Positions 51,088-63,936 are shown, counted from the stretch's first letter. The stretch is DNA of 63,989 bases from Tubiluchus corallicola (GCA_030141605.1 JAQGDQ010001086.1:1-63989), one strand, 5' to 3'. Program-made: numbers and translations. Notes: generated by a model not told the origin, from the sequence alone.

Positions 51088-52257
51088 TATTTACGAAGAA
51101 TAAAGTGTCCGGAGGCACAAGCAAATGAAAACAACTGACAGAGCCAGACGAAACTGTAAAAAACGTAGGATATTTTTGCATTTGTCGAATACGTACGTCC
51201 TGCAATTAGACAAAAGACTGTGTACATATATGAAGAAGATAAAAAACAAGACGAATAGAACATATTTAATTAATACACAAAAAAAGAAAATATAAATCTG
51301 CGTTGGCAGTACACAATACTAATCTCTCTAAAATAAGCAAATTCGCATTACGAACTTAATTATCCGACGGCATTTTAAAATTGTAAAATAATTTACTTTA
51401 TTAGCGGTTCGATAAATTTGAAATGGGAGTATACAGTTCGTATTGACCATAAGCAAATTCACTTTACGAACTTAATTGTACTTTATTACCAACTTTGCTC
51501 TGCTCAAGCGTTTGTGGTGTGTTAACCACTGTGTGTGCCACTTTAAGTTTTTTTAATCTTATCTTTCAAAACCCATAATATTGTTAAATTGTAAAATGTT
51601 TGATATTTTTACCCATGTCGTAACCATCATCTTCCGTGATGCTCAGCAGACAGGTGAAAATGATAGCCAATCTCTCCGGTGATGTGATATTCAACAGAAA
51701 CGTGAAGAAACGTGAAGTTTGCACAAAATACTTCCAATTTCATCACTAGATGGCTCTGTCGTTCACATTACTCGGTGTCATCACACGGTGTGCTGCAGCA
51801 CGATCCTCGTAAAACTAAAATTCATGAAAGTCATTGATGTCTGATGCTAGATCAGCAGTTCCAGCGCCTGTCTTCCTAGCAAAACAGAGAGCAGTTCAAA
51901 AGTTAAAAGCGAAGTCATTCATTCCAGCAAGTTAAGCCATCTCATCCATCTTGGTAAAGGGATAAATTTCCTGGATTTACTGACAAATCTTATTGTTCTG
52001 AAGACACAGTCCCTTGTCTAAAACAGCTGCATCATTGTTACTATACTTCAAACTTAAATTAGTCGTTGACCAGAATGACGTTGCTTTGCGCAAGAGCTTC
52101 TAAACACGCGTAGCCATGGAAACTGCGCTAAAAACAATGAGCGCCTGTCATTGTGTTTAGAGCGTTATTGCGTCCATGTAGTTATGTGATTTTTCGGAAA
52201 AATTAAAAACTTATTTTGTTACATTCTTGGCAAAAATATTAACAGTTTAAAGATGAC

Positions 52258-53988
52258 TAATATTTATTAAAAAATTACCAGTACCTTAAGCAATTACGGT
52301 ACGAGATACAATACAGCATGATTGATATTTAGTCAAAAGTTAACAGTAGCTTAAGCAATTACTGTACGAGATACAATACTGCATGATTGATATTTAGTCA
52401 AAAATTAACAGTAGCTTAAGCAATTACTGTACGAGATACAATACTGCATGATTGATATTTAGTCAAAAATTAACAGTAGCTTAAGCAATTACTGTACGAG
52501 ATACAATACTGCATGATTGATATTTAGTCAAAAATTAACAGTAGCTTAAGCAATTACTGTACGAGATACAATACTGCATGATTGAAATTTAGTCAAATAT
52601 TACCAGTAGTTTAAGCAATTACAGTACGAGATACAATACAGCATGATTGAAATTTAGTCAAAAGTTACCAGTAGCTTAAGCAATTACGGTGCGAGATACA
52701 AAACAGCACGATTGAAATTTAGTCAAAAGTTACCTGTAGCTTAAGCAATTACGGTGCGAGATACAAAACAGCACGATTGAAATTTAGTCAAAAGTTACCT
52801 GTAGCTTAAGCAATTACGGTACGAGATACAATACAGCATGATTGATATTTAGTCAAAAGTTAACAGTAGCTTAAGCAATTACTGTACGAGATACAATACT
52901 GCATGATTGATATTTAGTCAAAAGTTAACAGTAGCTTAAGCAATTACTGTACGAGATACAATACTGCATGATTGATATTTAGTCAAAAATTAACAGTAGC
53001 TTAAGCAATTACTGTACGAGATACAATACAGCATGATTGAAATTTTGTCAAAAGTTACCAGTAGCTTAAACAATTACGGTGCGAGATACAAAACAGCACG
53101 ATTGAAATTTAGTCAAAAGTTACCTGTAGCTTAAGCAATTACGGTGCGAGATACAAAACAGCACGATTGAAATTTAGTCAAAAGTTACCTGTAGCTTAAG
53201 CAATTACGGTGCGAGATACAAAACAGCACGATTGAAATTTAGTCAAAAGTTACCTGTAGCTTAAGCAATTACGGTGCGAGATACAAAACAGCACGATTGA
53301 AATTTAGTCAAAAGTTACCTGTAGCTTAAGCAATTACGGTGCGAGATACAAAACAGCACGATTGAAATTTAGTCAAAAATTACCAGTAGCTTAAGCAATT
53401 ATAGTACGAGATACAAAACAGCACGATTGAAATTTAGTCAAAAGTTACCTGTAGCTTAAGCAATTACGGTGCGAGATACAATACAGCATGATTGAAATTT
53501 AGTCAAAAGTTACCTGTAGCTTAAGCAATTACGGTGCGAGATACAAAACAGCACGATTGAAATTTAGTCAAAAGTTACCTGTAGCTTAAGCAATTACGGT
53601 GCGAGATACAAAACAGCACGATTGAAATTTAGTCAAAAGTTACCAGTAGCTTAAGCAATTACAGTACGAGATACAATACAGCATGATTGAAATTTAGTCA
53701 AAAGTTACCAGTAGCTTAAGCAATTACAGTACGAGATACAATACAGCATGATTGAAATTTAGTCAAAAGTTACCAGTAGCTTAAGCAATTGCGGTACGAG
53801 ATACAATACAGCATGATTGAAATTTAGTGAAAAGTTACCAGTAGCTTAAGCAATTACGGTACGAGATACAAAATAGCATGATTGAAATTTAGTCAAAAGT
53901 TACCAGTAGCTTAAGCAATTACGGTGCGAGATACAATACAGCATGATTGATATTTATTCAAAAGTTACCAGTAGCTTAAGCAATTACA
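52258..53988. repeat. Minisatellite, 65-bp unit, ~26 copies, just downstream of the cGLR stop
   Basis: TTTAGTCAAAAGTTACCAGTAGCTTAAGCAATTACGGTACGAGATACAATACAGCATGATTGAAA. Confidence 0.97.
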
Positions 53989-54261
53989 TTAAAACATTAC
54001 GTTATAACCACCACCACCAAAACCACTACCACCGCTACGACCACCACCATCACCATGTTACATTCCTGGCAAAAATATTAACAGTTTACTGCCAAAAGCT
54101 ACCTGGCATGCCTATAAAGTGCTTGAAAGTCGCATGGTTTCTAAGACCTTCCAGTTCCATCTGCGGACAATTGACAAAGTTGCACTAACAGAATTTTCTT
54201 CTATAGTAATTCATATTACAGTATGAAAATCATATACGCTATAAGACTACATGAATTTTTC

Positions 54262-54906
54262 TTACCATTTGCGAAGAAACAATGAAGATACCAGACGGGA
54301 TAATTCCAGGGAAGTTTGTTGCTTGTTTTCCTCATCATCACCATCACCACCAATACCACTACCACCACCATCACCACCGCCAATACTATCACCACCAGGA
54401 ATACTATCACCACCACCAGCACTACCATTACTATTACTACCAAGAATATTATCATCACCACCAGCACTACCACCACCACCGCCGCCACTACCGTCGCTGG
54501 TTATGGCATGAGCTCCAATGGCAGCTCCAATGGCAGCTCCAATGGCAACTCCAATGGCAATTTTGCCCCATGGTATCTCGCTTCTTAATGCATCTTCGTC
54601 GGACTGGCTTTGCTTTCGTGCTGGTAGGTTTACTTTGCTGTGAGAGTAGAAGGGTGCACAGCCATTTTCTGGATCCGTTACATAGCTTTTAATATTGCGA
54701 ATCTCGCTTCTTAATGCATCTTTGTCGGACTGGCTTTGCTTTCGTGCTAGTAGATTTACTCTGTTGTCAAAGTACATGGGTACGCAGCCCTTTTCTAGAT
54801 ACTTTAAGAGACGGTTGATGAGTCCAATTACTCTTTCTTCCAGATGATCTTGGCTCCATGCATCGCATCTCCACCGGAGTTTGTCACACTCCCAGAACAG
54901 CACAGT
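54262..54906 (-). CDS. cGLR exon 4: Mab-21 C-terminal helical domain, internal duplication, glycine-zipper segment, Gly/Asp tail
   Basis: tttcag|TVLFWEC...W...LEERVIGLINRLLKYLEKGCVPMYFDNRVNLL, then PWGKIAIGVAIGAAIGAAIGAHAI. Confidence 0.85.
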   Translation of the reverse strand, partial: TVLFWECDKLRWRCDAWSQDHLEERVIGLINRLLKYLEKGCVPMYFDNRVNLLARKQSQSDKDALRSEIRNIKSYVTDPENGCAPFYSHSKVNLPARKQSQSDEDALRSEIPWGKIAIGVAIGAAIGAAIGAHAITSDGSGGGGGGSAGGDDNILGSNSNGSAGGGDSIPGGDSIGGGDGGGSGIGGDGDDEENKQQTSLELSRLVSSLFLRKW

Positions 54907-55423
54907 CTGAAAATGGATAGTGGATATAATGGATTCATTACATATTATGTTAGCTGGCGTTACACAAGGCCGCAGCCATTACGTAGGAGAGCCAGTAAAA
55001 CATGAGTTCAGTTCAGTTTATTGTATTGCACAAACTGTCAGCTCTTAAAAGGGAACTAAAAGATACTTACGTAAAACTATAATCGCCCAAACTATAAAAG
55101 CAATAAATTTGTAGGCAACACTGAAACTGCAATGAACCAAACCTTTTTACATAAGTAACAGATATATTTGCATAAATACTTTCTTCTACAAAAGCTATTG
55201 AGTGCTTTTATTTCTCAATATCCAGGTGTTGTGTATTTTCTACATATTATAAATTTCTTTGCTACTTGTAATGATGTATATTTATAATTTAATTCTTAAC
55301 GTTTTTCTATTGTGTTACATTGCAGTTCTTCCAATTCTTTTGTATAAAATTATAGTCTCAATTTAGTGTATGACAGTATTGCTTTTCTAAACTGGTTACA
55401 CACAGTTTTTAATGTAAATATGA

Positions 55424-55557
55424 TTTGATTTTTATGTTTACATTGCATTTAACATTTTAACGAAGAATACTAATGATGATGACGATGATGATGATGATGA
55501 TGATGATATTTTATGTTTACATTGCATTTAACATTTTAAAAAAGAATACTAAAGATG

Positions 55558-55589
<32 letters not shown>

Positions 55590-55639
55590 ATTTTATGTTT
55601 ACATTGCATTTAACATTTTAAAAAAGAATACTAAAGATG

Positions 55640-55671
<32 letters not shown>

Positions 55672-55715
55672 ATTTTATGTTTACATTGCAGTTAGCATTT
55701 TAACAAAGAATACTA

Positions 55716-55747
<32 letters not shown>

Positions 55748-55833
55748 ATTTTATGTTTACATTGCAGTTAGCATTTTAACAAAGAATACTAATGATGATG
55801 ATGATGATGGTGATGGTGATGGTGATGATGATG

Positions 55834-55865
<32 letters not shown>

Positions 55866-55909
55866 ATTTTATGTTTACATTGCATTTAACATTTTAACAA
55901 AGAATACTA

Positions 55910-55952
<43 letters not shown>

Positions 55953-55976
55953 CGATGATGATGATGACGATGATGG
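55424..55976. repeat. Compound repeat: ~50-bp constant block plus variable (GAT)n, ~6 units
   Basis: ATTTTATGTTTACATTGCATTTAACATTTTAACAAAGAATACTAA followed by (GAT)n of varying length. Confidence 0.9.
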
Positions 55977-56963
55977 TAAAAATAATAACATAACAAACAT
56001 ACATGCATTATGACGAAAGTATTTACATGATTAAAAAGAAAAAAAGATTAATAAATTATTGGATCTGTCCAATTTGAACTTGTAGAGTTCAGGCTCAATA
56101 AGGCAAATAAAGAGAAATGTGCAGGTGCAGGAATAAAATGTGCAGGTGATTTGAAGGGCATGAAGACGCAACATGAAAATGAAATGTTATATTCACATGA
56201 GAATCACATAAGGAGTTAATAAATGTAGGTCAAATGTCAAGGATTTCACAATGAGAAGTTTGGAAAGTCTGAAAATTTAGTGTATTTATTACGTGTTGAA
56301 CCATGTCGTCCCGAGACAGTCTGACTGATGGAAAAGTTATGGAGTTTCTCTTTTAAGCCCAGTTTACCAATGAAAATATCCTTAACAGAGCACCACACGC
56401 GATGTGTGGGTAAAGCAAATGCGCCTGCCGCAGCTGTTCAGTAACTTCAGCTGTTTTACGTGGACTTAATTTTGCCTCAGTCTGTGCATAGAGTGATTTA
56501 CTAGTGGGATCTTGCTTAAGAATGACAAAAATGAACTAGGTAAGGTTCTAGCTAGCTGTTAAAACTGTTACTATTGCAATAGATGGGGCTGCGGGGCGTT
56601 GTCAAGTGCACGCATAAGCATTGCCTGGTACAGTTAATACACATAATTTGAGCACAAGTGTCTAAATTACAATCCTCTCTCTAGCATTCTGCAGCTGTTT
56701 ATATATGCCTCAGTGAGTGCGTTATTTTTAGCTCATGACATCAATTCTATTCTTAGAATGATCTGCCTGACAGCAGAGAATCATTCGTTTGTCACCTTGG
56801 CAATGGTCATCTGCTGACTTGCTGGTTAGTGGTGATACTTGGGAGCTATAGTCGAACTTTAGAGTAAAAAGCGCCATCATGCGGAAGTTTTAAGAATTAT
56901 AACATGAGCGCAGTTTCAATTGAATGCAGTTTTTATTTGTCGTACTGGATTTCAACTGTTTAA

Positions 56964-57550
56964 AGGAAGACAGGATGATTTTTCACATACTACACCAATT
57001 TCAAATACGGTAAAAAGTATACATTTTAACACAATTAATACTGCAAAAGAGTTTCTGATAATTGAATGATAGATTAAAATCTTAATTAATGGCGGGCGAG
57101 CCCAACTATTGATGACATCACAAACTAACATAATTTTTAACAGCAAAAACATTCCACGAGCGTGTTGCACGTGTTTGTAAAAGCGAAAATTGAAGTACAG
57201 CGCTACTATAAGATATTCAGTGTGTTGTACTAAAACTAGGCAAGTTTAAGATAAAAATTCAAATTTCCAATTTACTGCTGTGCTGACACATGAGCTGTCG
57301 AACTTTGTGTAGTTTGTCATGAAACTAACACATCTAAACTGAGCGGTACAGCACCTGTTATGCATTTCTGAAATGCAGACGCTAGTGTCCATCTAACTAG
57401 CGATTGGCGAAATGCGTGTAACAGCAAAGAGCTAGTGGCGCGAACGTGAAATTTTGTTATTTGGTAATAATTGTTTCACGTAAATGATTTTTTGAAAAAT
57501 AATATGTTTCCTTTCAATAATTTAAAGAGTAGATTGGATCCGGTTTTGCT
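56964..57550. mobile_element. Kolobok-like TTAA MITE, copy 2
   Basis: TTAA|AGGAAGACAGGATGATT ... AGATTGGATCCGGTTTTGCT|TTAA. Confidence 0.75.
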
Positions 57551-57736
57551 TTAATGAATATACGATTATTCGTAGTTGCTTTTGTACAACCAGAGAGCGC
57601 CTGGCAACCTGCCACATATACGCTATCTTGAAACGTTTAGTGACAAAAGTATTTTTAAGATTAAAATGCTACTAGAGTTAGCTACAGTTTATATGTTATT
57701 AGTCTGGCAAAGTCACAAATATGAACCGCAGAATAC

Positions 57737-57924
57737 CTTGATCATATAGCTGTTCAAAACTGGTTTTGTTGTTTTGCAAAAGAAATCATTCTTTAGCATT
57801 TTAACAATCCGCAAAACTTTTTTCCTGCATCCTCCATCAGCGTCGATTCCTTCCATCAGAACATGATCTGCGAAGCCATATTTCAGACTCCAATAGAAGG
57901 GGTATTTAGCGACAAGTGCAACAC
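57737..57924 (-). CDS. cGLR exon 3
   Basis: tttcag|GT; VALVAKYPFYWSLKYGFADHVLMEGIDADGGCRKKVLRIVKMLK...LNSYMIK|gtattc, matching the Mab-21 LVxK, W, CRKxxLxxxK and SYxxK motifs. Confidence 0.85.
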
Positions 57925-58039
57925 CTGAAATATAGAGATGTTAAATACTAAGTGTTGGAAGCCAGCCAATTTTTATGATGGTGATACAACTCTTTCCTCC
58001 TTACACATACACAAAAAGTGCAACTCATAAAAAGTTCAT

Positions 58040-58740
58040 AACAAACAGTTCTTTAATTTATGAAACATTTTACACACAAGCAGTTTGTTCATTTATGAAA
58101 CATTTTACACACAAACAGTTCTTTAATTTATGAAACATTTTACGCACAAACAATTCTTTAATTTATGAAACATTTTACGCACAAACAGTTCTTTAATTTA
58201 TGAAACATTTTACGCACAAACAGTTTGTTAATTTACGAAACATTTTACACACAAACAGTTCTTTATTTTAGGAAACATTATACACACAAGCTGTTTGTTA
58301 ATTTATGAAACATTTTACATACAAACAGTTCTTTAATTTACGAAACATTTTACGCACAAACAGTTCTTTAATTTATGAAACATTTTACACACAAACAGTT
58401 CTTTAATTTATGAAACATTTTACGCACAAACAATTCTTTAATTTATGAAACATTTTACACACAAGCAGTTTGTTAATTTATGAAACATTTTACACACAAA
58501 CAATTCCTTAATTTATGAAACATTTTACACACAAACAGTTTGTTAATTTATGAAACATTTTACGCACGAACAGTTCTTTAATTTATGAAACATTTTACAC
58601 ACAAACAGTTTGTTAATTTATGAAACATTTTACACACAAACAGTTTGTTAATTTACGAAACATTTTACACACAAACAGTTGTTTAATTTATGAAACATTT
58701 TACACACAAACATTTTGTTAATTTATGAAACATTTTACAA
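58040..58740. repeat. Minisatellite, 35-bp unit, ~20 copies, cGLR intron 2
   Basis: TGAAACATTTTAC at 58061, 58096, 58131 and onward; edge ~15 bp from the exon 2 donor. Confidence 0.95.
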
Positions 58741-58755
58741 GCAAAATTCGCTCAC

Positions 58756-58960
58756 CTGCAGATTTGATTTTCTGGTTTTTTCTCACGGTCAACCCAGGAA
58801 ATGTTTCTCACTACTATAGGATCTCCAGATCGATTGACAATTTTAACTGGCGCAGTTATCACGGCTACAAAATCCACACTAACCTCATATTCCAAGCCCG
58901 GTGATTTTATTATTGCAGTAATAGCTGGGCCAGTGGAAACTCTGTTCACACAAACTTCTC
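58756..58960 (-). CDS. cGLR exon 2 (third catalytic Asp); apparent +1 frameshift in the T6 run at 58776-58781
   Basis: aacag|GA...; GPAITAII...VSVDFVAVI; donor AG|gtgagc; 205 nt is one base too long to join exon 3 in frame. Confidence 0.8.
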
Positions 58961-59379
58961 CTGTTAAAAAATGTGTTAGTAACATGGAAAAATTATGGCA
59001 GTGTCAATAATTTTATTCCCTGCGCAATGATCAATCAAATTTTTCAAACAGATCATCACGATATTTGCAAATATATATTTGCTAGTCACGTATTTTGTTT
59101 GTTCCAGATTCCAGATTAACGTTCTGAGATGGTTCAGTACAAAATGCTTTTTGTCATAACCCAGTTTGTCAAATTTGTACAGTAGCCCATGATTTTTGAT
59201 TTTGCCTTTCTAGTTGTGCTCCGTCTGTTGGGGAAGACGTTTTCATTCAAAATAGCATTATGAAATAAGGAAATAAATAAAAAAAGCAAGCAAGTCAATA
59301 AACAAATAAATGCATAATTGTGTTTTCAAAAACCCATCCATGTGGAAACTGTCATGGGATTGTCCTTCTAATCTGTTTG

Positions 59380-60377
59380 TGACAATTGTTATAAATCTGA
59401 TTGTCACAATCGTTATAAACCTGATTATCACAGTTGTTATAAACCTGATTATCACAGTCGTTATAAACCTGATTATCACAGTTGTTATAAACCTGATTAT
59501 CACAGTTGTATGTTATAAACCTGATTATCACAGTTGTATGTTATAAACCTGATTATCACAGTTGTTATAAACCTGATTATCACAGTTGTTATAAACCTGA
59601 TTATCACAGTTGTTATAAACCTGATTATCACAGTTGTAATAAATCTGATTGTCATAAATGTTATAAACCTGATTATCACAGTTGTTATAAACCTGATTAT
59701 CACAGTTGTTATAAACCTGATTATCACAGTTGTTATAAACCTGATTATCACAGTTGTTATAAACCTGATTATCACAGTTGTTATAAACCTGATTATCACA
59801 GTTGTTATAAACCTGATTATCACAGTTGTTATAAACCTGATTATCACAGTTGTTATAAACCTGATTATCACAGTTGTTATAAACCTGATTATCACAGTTG
59901 TTATAAATCTGATTGTCATAGATGTTATAAACCTGATTATCACAGTTGTTATAAACCTGATTATCACAGTTGTTATAAACCTGATTATCACAGTTGTTAT
60001 AAACCTGATTATCACAGTTGTTATAAACCTGATTATCACAGTTGTTATAAACCTGATTATCACAGTTGTTATAAACCTGATTATCACAGTTGTTATAAAC
60101 CTGATTATCACAGTTGTTATAAACCTGATTATCACAGTTGTTATAAACCTGATTATCACAGTTGTAATAAATCTGATTGTCATAAATGTTATAAACCTGA
60201 TTATCACAGTCGTTATAAACCTGATTATCACAGTTATTATAATCCTGATTATCACAGTCGTTATAAACCTGATTATCACAGTTATTATAATCCTGATTAT
60301 CACAGTTGTAATAAATCTGATTGTCATAAATGTTATCAGTCTGTTTATCACAGTTATAAATTTGATTATCACGGTTG
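59380..60377. repeat. Minisatellite, 24-bp unit GTTATAAACCTGATTATCACAGTT, ~40 copies, cGLR intron 1
   Basis: Directly visible; produces 8-aa periodic ORFs in several frames. Confidence 0.97.
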
Positions 60378-60423
60378 TTCCTTCTGAAACTAGTGTAATA
60401 AAAACATAAAAACACTTTTTTAC

Positions 60424-60991
60424 CTGGTAAACTAGGAAGGTTCGATACAACGTAGTCTAGTAGTACTTTTAAGCGCCGTCTTACAAGAAAGGGAATTAAG
60501 TCTCCATCAAAATGAAGATCCCGGGTTTGAAGATCATATGGAAATTTGCTTTCGCTTTTATCTTTCCACCAAGTTTTCTTGTCTGGTACTGAGCTTTGTA
60601 CAAACGCATCACCAGGTTTAGGTTTAGGTTTGGTGGTCCACCATGTTTCAACCATGTGGACATCTGGCCTTACAGAATCATCAGTGCAAGGAGAGTTTAG
60701 ATCGTAGTTTCTCGTGCGTTCTTGATCACATTTAACCGTCCCCAAATCAACCAGTTCTACCCCAATATCAAACTCGTCAGCTTTTTCCACTTTTAGGTTC
60801 TGAAAATACGAGCCTTGTGGTTTTAATTGGGCGCTAAATCGTGGATCTAATTTATTAATCTCTTCCAGGATACGACGAATAGTTGGAATGACAACTGCAA
60901 CTGTGTTCCTGGTGTCTTCTCTTTTAAGCTGAACTCTTTGACGGTAATAACGATCATGTATACTAGCGCATTGCCTTGCCATTTGACTCAT
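60424..60991 (-). CDS. cGAS-like receptor / Mab-21 nucleotidyltransferase, coding exon 1
   Basis: ATG 60991 (MSQMARQ); QGSYFQNLKVEKADEFDI is the cGAS/Mab-21 GS...KV...EFD motif; donor CCAG|gtaaaa. Confidence 0.88.
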
Positions 60992-61367
60992 TAATAACTC
61001 GTTAAAACAACGTAAAACTATGTTGACTAACTTCCTCGTTATACGCACCTCTTACTGTCAAAGAGAAACGCTGCTAAGCTTTTGGGAATTTACACTTTAT
61101 GCAACCTATGGACTTTGTTAGACAAACATAAAAGTTTTGCTGAACTGCCTGATACGCCTCTGCAAAAACAGCCTAGATTCAAGACTATTACTTATGGTTA
61201 TGTTTGCAAATATGAGCAGATATTACAGTCGTTTCTCGTGCTAAGCATGATACTCATTTTATTCAATGTTTTAAATGGACAGTTTGAGACTTCGTTTCGT
61301 GTCACCTTGACGATAATTTACCGTACATGATTATAGTTTTATCATTTTTATAATCAATACGCCTTGA

Positions 61368-61378
61368 GCCGCCATCTT
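61368..61378 (-). promoter_or_regulatory. YY1-type motif AAGATGGCGGC, candidate TSS-proximal element of the cGLR gene
   Basis: Consensus match ~380 bp upstream of the ATG; a candidate 5' UTR acceptor ctttgacag lies at 61055-61063. Confidence 0.35.
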
Positions 61379-61487
61379 ATATTCACTCACAAAATGATAG
61401 GCATTATAAATTTTAACATCTTATCGACCTAAACTACAATAAATCTACAACTCATGTTGACACACCACTAGCCATAATCCAAAATTC

Positions 61488-62457
61488 AACAGCAGAGTTT
61501 ATGGCAAGTCCTATCTCTTCATCAATGGTAAGCCTTCAAAAGGTGACGCCAAACAGCAGAGTTTATGGCAAGTCCTATCTCCTTATCAATGGTAAGCCTT
61601 TAAAAGGTGACGCCTAACAGCAGAGTTTATGGCAAGTCCCATCTCTTCATAAATGGTAAGCCTTCAAAAGGTGACGCCTAACAGCAGAATTTATGGCAAG
61701 TCCTATCTCTTCATCAATGGTAAGCCTTCAAAAGGTGACGCCTAACAGCAGAATTTATGGCAAGTCCTATCTCTTCATCAATGGTAAGCCTTTAAAAGGT
61801 GACGCCAAACAGCAGAGTTTTTGGCAAGTCCTATCTCTTCATCAATGGTAAGCCTTCAAAAGGTGACGCCAAACAGCAGAATTTATGGCAAGTCCTATCT
61901 CTTCATCAATGGTAAGCCTTTAAAAGGTGACGCCAAACAGCAGAGTTTATGGCAAGTCTCATCTCCTTATCAATGGTAAGCCTTTCAAAAGTGACGCCAA
62001 ACAGCAGAGTTTATGGCAAGTTCTATCTCTTTATCAATGGTAAGCCTTTAAAAGGTGACGCCAAACAGCAGAGTTTATGGCAAGTCCTATCTCTTCATCA
62101 ATGGTAAACCTTCAAAAGGTGACGCCAAACAGCAGAGTTTATGGCAAGTCCTATCTCTTCATCAATGGTAAACCTTCAAAAGGTGACGCCAAACAGCAGA
62201 GTTTATGGCAAGTCCTATCTCTTCATCAATGGTAAACCTTCAAAAGGTGACGCCAAACAGCAGAGTTTATGGCAAGTCCTATCTCTTCATCAATGGTAAA
62301 CCTTCAAAAGGTGACGCCAAACAGCAGAGTTTATGGCAAGTCCTATCTCTTCATCAATGGTAAGCCTTCAAAAGGTGATGCCAAACAGCAGAGTTTATGG
62401 CAAGTCCCATCTCCTTATCAATGGTAAGCCTTCAAAAGGTGACGCCAAACAGCAGAG
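61488..62457. repeat. Minisatellite, 64-bp unit, ~15 copies
   Basis: ACAGCAGAGTTTATGGCAAGTCCTATCTCTTCATCAATGGTAAGCCTTCAAAAGGTGACGCCAA. Confidence 0.97.
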
Positions 62458-62713
62458 ACGGTTTAGCCAAGGACATTCGGACGTGAATACAACCTCCTGC
62501 ACGAAATACGTAGGCAAAATCTGTATAGCAAATGAATCCAACGAGAGCGAATATTTCACCCAAGTAGCCTCAAACTATTCCTTAGCAAGTTGTTTTATCC
62601 ATTTTGTGTAGCGCAATCTAATGATCCTAAAATGTATATTTGTTGGTCAAAGTTACGGCTTCAGTTGACCTCTAAAGGCTAAACTGACCACTTAATGTTC
62701 AAAAATAGCACTT

Positions 62714-62894
62714 GAAGCAAAACTGGACCTAATCTTGAACTGTACGTCAATGCAATCTACTCTTTAAAATGTTGAAAGGAAACATGCTATTTTTTCAAAG
62801 ATGACTTATGTGAAAGAATTATTACCACACAAACGCAATTTCACGTTGGGGCGACTAGTTATTAGCTGTTACATGTATTTCGCCTTAGTTTCGC

Positions 62895-62932
<38 letters not shown>

Positions 62933-63600
62933 CTTTATTTGCCATTAAAATACATTGATAATCACTGATAAAAACTTTACAGAGATGATCAATCAGTGTT
63001 AGTTAATAAAAACTTACACTGCTAAAGGCAAATGCGTCAGTGCAATCTAAACTACTGTGCAGTAATGGAAAGTAACGACGAATAAAATCAAACGTATTTA
63101 CAAATATGCACAAAAAATGAAAAAAACTATGATTTAATTAATATGGCCATGGATATATGAATTCTGAATTAGTGTGTATGTTGTCGTAGTGGTGTGATGG
63201 TATTTCGTATCTGGTTAATATTAGTGATTTTAATTTTGCTTTAAATGCTGATAGGGACTTGATTTGTTTAACCTGTAATGGTAGAGAATTCCAAACTAGA
63301 ATTGCTTGTTTGATTACAGAGTTCGTTCCATAGTGGGTATTTGTCCTAATTTGTTTTAGATTGCTTGTTCTGGAATTAACGAATTAACGATTAACATTAG
63401 TTTGTGACATACTAGAAAAACGTTCCGCAGCTCATTCGTGAGCACAGACGTAAATTTCAAATTGAATTTTTATCTTACGACTTGCTTAGTACAACACACT
63501 GAATGTCTTACAGTAGCAGTGTACTTCAATTTCATTTTTACAAACACGTTCTTTCATTTTCCTTGTAGCAGAACTTCCTTGTACCTTATTTTAGTTTCGA
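62714..63600 (-). mobile_element. Diverged inverted copy of the Kolobok-like MITE, interrupted by a LINE fragment
   Basis: AGCAAAACTGGACCTAATCT start; TAGTACAACACACTGAAT and CAAACACGT are reverse complements of the 57170-57240 interior. Confidence 0.55.
62896..63372 (-). mobile_element. Second copy of the same LINE 3' end, nested in a Kolobok-like MITE
   Basis: Reverse complement of 7208-7669; interrupts the 62714-63600 element. Confidence 0.8.
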
Positions 63601-63738
63601 AATTGTATTTAACTGAAAATTGTACTTGAATTTCAACAGTTTGTAATCTAAGCGCAGCGTACAGTATTTACTATTGTTGGTGGCGTCCTCAATTGTACAG
63701 AAGACCCGCAATTTCAACCCCCTACCCCCCCCCCCCCC

Positions 63739-63846
63739 CAGGGCCGGCCTTAAGCATAGGCAAACTAAGCAACCGCCTAGGGCCTCACTCTCCAGGGGGG
63801 CCTCACGCTGAGGAAACATTTTTTTTCCTTTATGCGAACATACTGC

Positions 63847-63936
<90 letters not shown>

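Noticed and set aside
51600-52200. Possible decayed transposase (Harbinger-like) remnant
   Set aside because: No open frame or convincing catalytic motif can be read by eye; needs a translated search
55424-55976. CRISPR-like repeat-spacer pattern
   Set aside because: The spacers are only (GAT)n of variable length, there are no cas genes and the context is eukaryotic. The other arrays have no unique spacers either.
59528-60423. ORF track shows cGLR exon 1 fused to ~37 YNNCDNQV repeats (506 aa)
   Set aside because: A good donor at 60424 joins in phase to exon 2. The 24-bp unit is stop-free in several frames, so read-through is a compositional artefact unless intron retention is shown.
62457-62630. 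Possible additional minus-strand exon upstream of the cGLR gene
   Set aside because: All three frames from the candidate acceptor at 62627 hit stops and no motif is recognisable
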